The notes below the pieces were generated by a model. It was not told the origin of the DNA and made no database searches. It saw only the letters and a program-made list of their open reading frames with translations. A program made the position numbers and the translations under genes. Positions 54,891 to 64,000 of a stretch of DNA of 64,000 nt are shown here, piece by piece. The stretch's first letter is position 1; each line of letters starts with the position of its first letter. This DNA comes from Klebsormidium nitens (lineage: Eukaryota; Plantae; Klebsormidiophyceae), in the NCBI GenBank assembly GCA_000708835.1, contig DF236978.1:62001-126000 (forward strand), in the 5' to 3' direction.

Positions 54891-55073
54891 ACTCTCGTGT
54901 GACCTAAGAGCCGTGTGACCTAAGATAGGCACCCGGGGGACGGGTGGGGTTGGTATGGTGGTTAGGGTGGGTTGGGGTGCGGAGCGGGTGATTATTTGGG
55001 TTAGGTGTTTTAGTTTGAAGTGCCCGGGTAAAACTGTATCTTAGGTCACACGCCCGTTAGGTCACACGAGAGT
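54891..55073. mobile_element. 183-bp MITE with long TIRs flanked by TA (Tc1/mariner-type signature)
   Basis: Left end ta|actctcgtgtgacctaagagccgtgtgacctaagata; right end tatcttaggtcacacgcccgttaggtcacacgagagt|ta. The TIRs are about 37 bp, each with an internal cgtgtgacctaa direct repeat. The interior is G/T-rich and telomere-like. Confidence 0.85.
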
Positions 55074-55536
55074 TACCGGTATGACTAGCTACGTACTAGC
55101 AACGGTATCTGTACCGTAGATTTGGATATCCGGCGAGTAACGGTAACGGTAGCAAAAATTTCGGGAGGTAGTACGTACGTGCTACGGTATTAGGTACCTG
55201 TAACCTAACGGTAACCCAGTCGGGGGAGCCACATCGGCAATCATCAGAGCTTGTGGTCACGACGACGTCGGATTCGGTTCCCAAGACCTGAAAACGCGGG
55301 GGGCGCCCTGCTCATAATTACAGTGCGAGCGCTGCGGTAACTCCTGGAGTACCGTAGAATTCCGCAATTCTCCGACCGTGTGGCGTGCCAAGTCCCGAGT
55401 CCCGACTGGTTGAGTGGTCTTTGGTGACTCTCCACATAATTCCGTTAAAATACTGCAAATAATGATTTAATTAGCGGGTAAGAGCAACGCCTAACTGAAA
55501 AGTTTAACCGGGAGACAACACAAGCTTTTCAAACAT

Positions 55537-55576
55537 GCCTATCCTAACCTTCTCCCTCGCTAACCCTACCCGTCCC
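55537..55576 (-). mobile_element. Short inverted remnant related to the MITE interior
   Basis: The reverse complement gggacgggtagggttagcgagggagaaggttaggataggc aligns to the MITE interior gggacgggtggggttggtatggtggttagggtggg. Confidence 0.4.
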
Positions 55577-56196
55577 AGTATTGAATACATTCATGGCGCT
55601 TCAGTGATCATGAAATGGATAACTGAAACTGGTTTGCAGGCCTGACCGTAGGACCTCCGAGTCCCGACCTCCCTAGGTATTGGTAGGTCTGCCGTAGATG
55701 TCTGATGGAAGCGTCAAATTGCACGCGCCGCACGGTACCGGTACAAGCAGGCAATTTGTAAAATTCGGTCCTTAAATTCACAGCTAGGGGTATCCTTTTA
55801 CTGACATGCCCGAAGACAAGGCAGAACTGCCATATGCGTGCTAGGTGCGAATGCAGGGCAACTCGAGCGAGTGACAGTGCACACTTCAACGTTCACACTG
55901 TACACGTACAGAGATGTCATACGACGGTTGTCCAACTGTCTCAAGCTCTGAACTGTCATCGTTCATGCGAGTCTGGTGAATCGTGAGTCGTGACGTACTT
56001 CCTAGACCCGTTCTACGGTAAGTACCTAGTACGTTTCCCTGGAGGCCGCCGGCTTTCTCGCTCACTTTCAAGCGGGATCCGGGATCGGTATGGTCGCACC
56101 GTCACGCACGAGCTTTGGATCCTGGTCCCGACTCCCGACTGCCTTGAGGGTTGGCCGATACGGTTTACTACGGTATTACGATTTGGGCTGCCTCCA

Positions 56197-56640
56197 CTAG
56201 CCGGGGGATACGGAGTACCCGGCAGCCGGCTACTTCTCAAGTTTCTCCAAGGAACCGGGAGCTCTTCCGCAGAATGCGTTGAATGAAGTAGCCGCTTCTA
56301 CACCGGGGGCTGCTTCCGCCGATCGCTGTCAGCGTGCCACGTTGACTCAAAGAGTCGCGCAGTCATTCAAGAAAGCAGACTGTCGGTGCTCGCACGCGTC
56401 CGGGTTCAACAACTCTACCATTTTCCTGAAATCTGATTAGTCAATTGCCGATCGGGGCGGCCGAGTAGCCTACTTTTCGAGGGATACGTACTTGCCGGGC
56501 TTTTCGAGGGATACTTGCCGGGCAAAGTAGCTAGTAGCTCCCGATCATCGCGGACCGCAAAGTAGCCGGGTGGAGTATCCCGCAGTCTGGACGGGCCGGC
56601 TACTTCAAGGCTTGCCCGGGATACTCCGGAGGGGGGTACT
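56197..56640. repeat. Cluster of dispersed direct and inverted motifs (aagtagccgg/ccggctactt, gggatactcc/ggagtatccc)
   Basis: Several copies in both orientations, plus a tandem pair cttttcgagggatac(gtac)ttgccggg at 56473-56522. It resembles the subterminal repeats of a DNA transposon. Confidence 0.55.
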
Positions 56641-58413
56641 CTGAGTGGCCGACGACCCAAGTAGGTAGGTATCCGGCAGTGTGGACTCTGGACTCTGGAG
56701 TCTGGAGGCGGCCTTGGGACTGACAATCATCAATTGCATGATTGTCAGATCGTCGGCCTTCGCGGCGGACCCGGCCGTCACACGGGTCCCGGAAGTTTCT
56801 GAAGGTGTTGTACGGTCTACTGACTCTGATGGGTCGGTATGACTCGGAGGTACCTACTCACTGCTCAGTGCTGCATCACTGATCAGTGCGCAGTGCTCAG
56901 TGCGCAGGTAGGTAGGTACCTAGTACAGTGTACACCGTGCCAGATTCCAAGTTGGCACAGATTTTATCCAGAATGGGCGGGGCCGGTGAGCAGACGTCAC
57001 CGTCGAATGATCACCTAGTAGTAGCCTGTGGGACCTGGGTGCTTTTCGGAATTCCCAACAATCCACTTTCGGTTTTACCAAAATATGCTGGCCACCGGGC
57101 GGCCCGTCGTGCCGGCCCAAATGCCTTGATCGGAATAGGTTTGCCAATTGCGTATCCAGATTCCACCTACATTTGTATATTTAAATACTTGCATACTATA
57201 CGCCCTGTTTTATAGGCCCCTGAACATTTTTCATGTGTTGTGCTTGCTGGAAATACTACTTCTACTTTCGCATTCCTACCGAGGGGTCATGCGGTCTGTG
57301 TCAGGGGTTTTTTATCTATCAGATCGCCCAGGGAAAGGTTTTTGACAACCAAAACAGAAAAGAATACTTCAAAATTGAAACACTTTATACTACGAAAGGC
57401 AAGCTGGAGATGCCGGCCCAAGAGGTCCCGCAACACCCGCCGGATAAGCCGGAGACGCCGCCAATATTGCGCTGGCCCGGTTTGACCATTGCGCGCCGGC
57501 CCATTTACCAAAGAGTGGGCCGGCAGGTGAGTTACTGCACCTTACTGTACTACCTTGGGCTACATTTTGCACATGCGCATCAAGGACCGTCATCTGGTCG
57601 GCACTTGGGCGGGCACCTTGACTACCGTGGCCCGTGGGTACCGTACGGGCAGTCTGTCTTGGAATATCGATGCAGGGCCCAGCCTGAGGCCAGAACCTGC
57701 AATCTAGGTACCTGTATACCGTGATACCGTACGGTACCTACCTATTAAATACCATACCTAAGTTAAATACCAGTAGTACCGGTATACCATAATAGTAGGT
57801 ACTATAGGTACCTACTAGGTGTCAGGTAGAAGACCGTACGGGTTATCACAACGTCAGAATGATCGTTGAAACTAGGGAGGTGCGGAATACAGGTATGACG
57901 GCGTTCACAGCTCAGCACAAGCTGCACAAGCACATTGCATGCAGCACCTCGATCATCCTGTATGTTTAATTGGCTGCAAAAGCCGACGTGGCATCCATGT
58001 AGGACCCGGCCCCGTGTTCAGCCTGAGGTCACCCTAATTCGAAATCTGCCATGTGACATGTCACCATCTACCTAGCTGGCACGTGCATCCAGGTCAACAA
58101 CGCGTCGGCCTCTGCAGCCCCGAGGGCCATTGAATGCGGACAACGCTTCGAAAGTGAACATCATGCATCAACTTCCAAGACTTGCAATACCCACCCACTC
58201 ATTGACTGCATTGTCTTTGTCAGATTCTCATGTGGTCCTTCCTCACGAGTTTGAGACCATCCCCCTCGGTTTCATAGCATTTGATATGTAGCTTTTAAGT
58301 TTTTGTTTTGCGAGCTGCCTTTAATCTCGGGCAACACAAGCTACACAACTCTACATGCGATGAACCTTGAAGGGTGCTGTCCAGGTGAGTCTTCCCTCCA
58401 ACCACCGTAAAAG

Positions 58414-59273
58414 TTAGAAGTTCCTAGAATGAGGTTCAGAGCAAGCCAGTGCGACCAGGAACTTGCGACCTTCAAAACGTTGCAGCACCATGGTATTAGC
58501 ATCGTGAGCGCTCGTTGAGCAGCGTCTCAGCTGGTTATGCAATTGCGCTTCTTCTGTCATTGCTAGCTCGTGGGGCCGATTGTTGGTGGTGGGGTTTTGT
58601 GAGCACAAGTGGTGCGTGCCTCTGCTCTAAACCTCTTGTCCCATCTTGCTTTGGTGTTGGATTTGGTTTCGGAAAAGTTCTGTTGTTCTGCTAGCTGGGT
58701 GGTGCTTTCTGACTTAAAAGTACACCGTGTTTATGCACACCACTTCCTACATAGGCTTTCTGCAAACCCATCCGAGCGACATGAGTAGTTGAGATTATTT
58801 AGCCCACAAGGTTTTCTGCAAACCCATCCGAGAAACACGAGTTGCTGAGATAATCTAGCCCACCATGAGCGTCTGCAGTGGTGTGGACTTACAGTGTCTG
58901 AACAGGTTTGACTGCTGCCTACAATCATTGGTGCATGACTTATCGCAATTGAGAGCCTCTGATGTATCTATTTCTGCGCAATCACTTACACTGCACAATT
59001 GGGTCTTCTGAACTGGCAAGGGCCCGTACCGAACAAGTGCTTGCTTCAACCAGTCACCTGCTGCATGCTGCAATAATCCTTCCGCAAGACCCGAAGCATT
59101 CTAAGGGTGGTGATCGAATGAACCGACTTCTTCAGAAGCGAAGACAAGGGAGAGACTACCTTTCCGTAATTCCTGAGTTTGCAAACACTCTGCGCCCTCT
59201 CGGTGTTCTCCATTTCTGCGATTGCATAAAACCTACTGCCAACAAGCTTGGCTGTGTTTAAAACGTCGCCCAT
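58414..59273 (-). CDS. Possible small spliced gene divergent from SBP (unknown product)
   Basis: ATG at 59273 (MGDVLNTAKLVGSRFYAIAEMENTERAQSVCKLRNYGK|gt) followed by phase-compatible exon-like segments. No recognisable domain. Confidence 0.2.
58753..58863. repeat. About 56-bp diverged tandem duplication
   Basis: agg(c/t)tttctgcaaacccatccgag..gagt..tgagat.at.tagcccac x2. Confidence 0.85.
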
Positions 59274-59501
59274 CTACGTTCAGGAAGAAGAGTGGCTTTT
59301 AAATATCCATAATCAACGGACATTTATCGTTAGTCTCAGCTGCTCGAAGTATGCTCCAACGTGCTCTTTGGTCTTTGCTGGACTGGAGGCTTTGGATTTT
59401 TGAGTCAAGTTTGCTGGCCCCACAAAAGAGATAGCAAGACCGACACTTCATCTTTTCTGCAGCGGAAGGGCAGAAGTGACGGCATCTGTTGCGTCTAAGT
59501 C

Positions 59502-62500
59502 ATGGCTTGCTGTGCGCCTGCGGCCAATGGAAGCCAGCCCAATGGGGCGTCGGAGCAGCATACCGAAGTTGTAGCAAGGGGCCCTGGCTATGCCACGCCC
59601 CTTGACGCGTTCAACAGCGGGGAGGTGGAGAAGCTGCTATATGTTGTAGCGGTGTACACGGGTGAGAGCACAGCTTTCTTGGCTTGGCTCTCCTCAATCA
59701 TGAGCTGAATGATTAGAACTTTGTACTGGAGGGGTTTTGTGAAAATGGTTTTGTGAGAAGAGGGCCAGGATTGCCCAGCTCAATCTTTAGGAGAGGGGGC
59801 AGTTTCATATGCTTCATGGTGTAACCCTGATGTGTGGCTCAGAGGACGTGGCTAGATCTGCGGCTTTCTTTGAAAGGCACGATTGCTGTGCCTGTTCAGG
59901 ACTTTCTGAAATATTCAATCAGCTTTCACAGTGCCCGGTGACGTCAATCCTGGTGATTTTGCATTAGGAAAACCAGTGGTAATCTTGTCTCTGCCTTAGG
60001 TCAGGTCCTTGTCATCAGAATGTGAGTTGCTATAGCATTTTCTCCTGTTCAGCTGTGCTTATGTTGCCACCATAAGTGGAGAAAAATATCCTTCAGTATG
60101 CAGGCCTGCGTCCCTTACCGGTTCGATTGAAATGGCACGACTTGCTCAGAAGCCCACAGAGTCCTCTTGCAGGCACCCTTGTTCAGAAGCCCAGTAGCTG
60201 GTCACGCCTGACCTTGACTCCGTACTTTTCGAACCATCTACAAATCATGGGAAAGTATGGGGTGAGAACGGAGCCACAGTTGAAGTCCTGTAACCCACCT
60301 CACACCCATCGCAAATTCCGCTTTTCCAATCCTGTTGCTCAAAGCTGCGTAACATGGTGTTCCAGACACCGCTGTGAAGACGCCTGACTACCTGGGCAAG
60401 GCTAGAAATGTGAATCACCTTTGTCCGATTGGCAAACATCTGGATCAGAGTCTTCGTAAGAACCCACCAGAAATTCCCCGAACCTCTTCAAACCTATAAC
60501 AATCTAAGCAGACACTGCGCCGCTGAAGTGTATCAAATGTCCCCCTCAGGCACTGCAGTGAAGAAGCCCGACTACCTGGCCACAATTGATGCTCGCCGTC
60601 TATTTAGATTTCAGCTGGGTAAAGCCTTTTGTCAGAACGCATCCAGCAAATGGAACCTTCCCAAAACATTCCAAACTCATAGGAGAATGCGCAGATCCAA
60701 AACAGAACCGGTGTTCTTCCGCAGGCACCGCCATCAAGAAGCCCGACTACCTGGCCACGATCGACGTGGACCCCGCTTCGCCCACGTATTCCCAGATCAT
60801 CCACCGTGCGCCGGTCCCGTTTGTTGGCGACGAGCTGCACCACACCGGCTGGAACGCGTGCAGCTCCTGCCACAACTTGCCCGGCGTTCAACGCAAGTAC
60901 CTCGTCGCGGCGGGCGTGCTGTGAGGAGCCCCCTCTACTTCGTTTGTTACCCCTTGTTCTGCCAAGTCCGCTCCTTGTCGTCCTGTTTTCCTTTTTGCGA
61001 GAAACACCGAGCAGTTTATTGGGGACAAACCAATTGGCGCAGGCGTCCTATGAGGAGCTGTCCTGCTGTTTTCGGTTGATTGTCAATTGGCCTTTGGCCG
61101 TCCGTTCTATGTCTTCGTCTTGCTTTTTTCGAACCGATTCGAGCAGGCAAACAAAGACAGTCCAGTATGTGGGCCGCAGCGCACGTGAAGTGTTGCAGCG
61201 AACGGGCTGTGAGGAGCCATTTCGGATCCGCAGGCTTTTCTGGTTGCACTTTCTTACCCTCACTGAAGCATCGGCTGTTTCCAGATCGTCACTGCACGAC
61301 CGTGTCCTCTTGACGTTCTGGTTTGACCTCGTTCTTGTCACATCTGACTTTTCGCTTGTTTCCCTCCTTAGCCTCCCTTTCTCAGACGCTGTTCCTTAAG
61401 GGCTTCGGGAAACATCTTTCCCTGTTGACTCTTTGAAAGAGTCCATATGTCGTGGTTTGCAAGCAAGAAAATAGGGCTCCGCAGTTATCCCCACTTGGTT
61501 CTGGCACTGATCAGGGCCGCCGCTGCTGAAGCAGTCCTCCCTTGTGCAGGTCTTCGCGCATCTATGCGTTCGACGTGCTAACCGACCCGCGGGCTCCCAC
61601 GGTTGCCAAGGTTTGTCATCTTTCTCCCGTACCTTGCCAGACCCGTCTCCGTATCTGGAGTGCCACATGTTGCCCTCCCTGTACGGATACTGTGAGCGAT
61701 GCTGGTAGATAAGCGCCTCAGGGGTGCCCTGCTGCATGCCCCAGTCGGGCAGAGCTGCAATCGAGCGCTGATCCAACCAACCGGCATTCGGACAAAGCTT
61801 TGAGGCACCCCGAGCGCTGGCGGCCGTTGCCAGCTGGAATTTCCCTTGCCTTTGTTGGGCTCTTATCATTACTACTTTCGTCTGACCCTCGCAGTTTCAC
61901 GTTCTTCATGTCTGCCCACTGCAGCGTTACCCTCTGTCGTTAGCCCTGCCTCTTTCAGAGCGGGAAGCCTCGCCTGACAGCTTTCCGTTGCATCTGCTTA
62001 CGATAGCGTTAACCTTCTCCTTCAGATCGTCGAGCCTGAGGAGATTCAAAGGTTCGGCCTGGCGTTCCCTCACACGTCCCACTGCCTTGCGACCGGCGAC
62101 GTGATGATCTCGTTCATGGGCGACGTCGAGGTCAGCGCGCGCTCGCGTATTCGTTCCGACTTGCGCTAAAGTTTTTGAGTCGTCTTGTAGGCTCTTCGGC
62201 TATTGCTTGTTTAGGGGTCGGTTCGGGTCGCTTCCTTCTGGCTGCTACTTTTGCGTGGATGAAACGGAACAACTGCTCATCTCCTTCATCCCTTCATTAA
62301 CGACCCCGATGTGCGCACGTGCCTGAGTGTACGTTTTGCTTTATGCTCTTCTTAACTTCCTTTCTATTTTCTCTTGAGCATCGAGTCCGTAGAGTCTTCT
62401 TGTAGTTTCTGAGACTAACGTCTACCTGGGAAGTCGGCAAGCTGTTTGGCTTTCGTTTGAATCGCTTTTCAGTCTTGAAGGCACTGGTCGCGAAATCATT

Positions 62501-62924
62501 TAAGAGGTCTGGCCACACAAATAGGCTCCGGCTTCTGTCACGTCGAATCGACGACCTTGTTGTGTGCTTCTTTTGTAGCGTCTGTGCGCGCTGTTTAGCA
62601 CCATCGACAGAAGAATCTGGAAAGCGTTTCCCCGTCACCCTAAACTGTCCTTCCGCAAAGCGCTGTAGTCAGGCATCCCGCGCAGGGCGCTGTATTGGGA
62701 ACGTAAGCTCAGTCAGGACACCCTTGGCAATCTATCTATTTCTTATGACGGAATTGACGTACGAAAACTCTCTTTGATGTGCAGCAAACGATCTAAATGG
62801 TGTCAGCATGCGTGCAGGGCAACTCGAAGGGCTCAGGATTCTTGCTCCTCGACAGCAACTTCAAGCCCAAGGGGCGCTGGGAGGCGACAGATAAGGACTC
62901 CCCGCCTTTCGGATACGACTTCTG
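59502..62924 (+). CDS. SBP1: Selenium-binding protein (SBP56 family) / methanethiol oxidase, 5' part; continues beyond the window
   Basis: Exons at 59502-59661, 60725-60920, 61550-61610, 62027-62130 and 62818-62924. Motifs: GPGYATP, KPDYLATIDVDP.SPTYS, GDELHHTGWNACSSCH, PHTSHCLATG, GFLLLD, FGYDFW. The next exon (YQPRH..) was not found before 64000. Confidence 0.95.
60290..60770 (+). repeat. Triplicated intron-end/exon-start unit (about 175-185 bp) in SBP intron 1
   Basis: Three AG|..TA(V/I)K(T/K)PDYL copies start at 60366, 60550 and 60725. The intervening sequences are also similar. Confidence 0.9.
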
Positions 62925-63309
62925 GTGAGGCCCATCGCTTATGGTCAGCTGTGATCAATCTGCCTTTCATAGAGACGCATCTTCTCAATGGTGATGATTC
63001 GTTGTTTTCCAGAGTACGGTGCAGCCGAGCCTACGAGAAAGCTGGTGACATCATCGGACAGCTTTCAGTGCCCTATGTTGAACGTGACCTTGACAACGCG
63101 CATTCCGACTCGTCACTAGCTTCGTCATTACTAGCTTTGGAATCGATGCTGTCAATTGAACGAGTATTTGAAAACCTGATAACCCGTTATCAGGTGATTC
63201 TCGGCAGTAGTGATTTGATTTCATCGATGCGTCGAAAAGTTGGGGAGGGGCCTGTCAGGATTTCCCTGGATTTCAATCCGAGATCGAGGATGTACAACAC
63301 AATGATCAG

Positions 63310-63329
63310 TCAATCAATCAATCAATCAA
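63310..63329. repeat. (TCAA)5 microsatellite in an SBP intron
   Basis: Read directly from the sequence. Confidence 0.9.
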
Positions 63330-64000
63330 CCGTCCGATGTCAACGATTATTACCTTGAGACGTCGAAACTCGGATCCCTTTGAATGACGGCCGTATAGTG
63401 GAAGGCGATCAAGTCAAGTCCAAACACTCTTCGATTTAATGGATCGATTTCGGGGGAGACTTTTCCGGGGCCTAGGAAGCCCAGACTCGATCTTTTTGGA
63501 ACGCGAAAGGCCTGCCTGATTGAGGTTTCTTACGCAGTCAGATACCGGTGATTCGGGTCACGTTGGAGAATCAATTGAGCGTATTCCATCTCTGCCTACC
63601 TTGCCGGAGTTGCCCTCCGTGAAATTATGTATCTCGGAATCTCCGAAATTTGGGGCAAGCAGCCCATATGCCCCCAAATACCAGTCACAGAATGCAAGTC
63701 GGACTGCGGCGTAAATCTTTCGTGATTGTTTAGGTCCGGCCTCCGTCCATCCGGCAACCTTGGACCCCTTCTTAGTTAGAAATGGTTGTTGCCGTTTCCC
63801 TGTTCTATGCATCTCGTATACTGGGCGTATGCTTTCCCCCTTCTTTCCCCAAGATCATAGTTCCAAATTCCAAGATCTACGCCCCTGATGACTAGATACC
63901 CGGGTATAAGCGGCGTCACGGCGTGCTGACCGTTTTACTGACTTGTGCATTCAGAATTTCTACCCGCAAACCCAATTGTCAGAAACATATTCCCAGAGCC

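Larger units (their letters stand above)
54310..57840. other. GTAC/GGTA/TACC-dense intergenic block
   Basis: About 41 GTAC by hand count in about 3.5 kb, against about 14 expected. Densest at 54665-54810 and 57705-57840. Confidence 0.8.

Noticed and set aside
63285-63312. MYNTMIS, resembling the expected next SBP exon (YQPRHNTMIS)
   Set aside because: No YAG acceptor, YQPRH is missing, and it runs into a microsatellite and a stop. Probably chance; the true exon likely lies beyond the window.

Overview
Intron-rich eukaryotic nuclear DNA with GC-rich exons and a streptophyte gene set. It looks like a Klebsormidium-type charophyte alga, which is an inference from gene content and style. I reconstructed seven well-supported genes by hand from GT-AG exons: CUL4 (+), an AHK1-type hybrid histidine kinase (-), a plastid CBS-pair protein (-), the plastid Mn transporter CMT1/PAM71-HL (+), an RGP/UDP-arabinopyranose mutase (-), an SS6-type starch synthase carrying a 46-unit KAEP repeat (+), and a selenium-binding protein/methanethiol oxidase (+, runs off the window end). 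Less certain are a TRAF-zinc-finger gene (-) and a decayed coding block. The accessory regions (about 17.3-25 kb and 49-59 kb) hold a TA-flanked MITE with two diverged relatives, GTAC-dense patches, CATG-rich patches and palindrome clusters. The most unusual observations are: (1) a triplicated intron-end/exon-start in the SBP gene, where one copy forms a potential in-frame cassette exon; (2) the charged repeat in SS6; (3) repeated tandem duplications at intron 3' ends; (4) GTAC/TAG enrichment, which may reflect CpA-directed mutation, SBP-box sites or a sequencing artefact. There are no rRNA genes, complete tRNAs or CRISPR arrays. All coordinates, counts and homology calls were made by eye without any database search, so boundaries may be off by a few nt.
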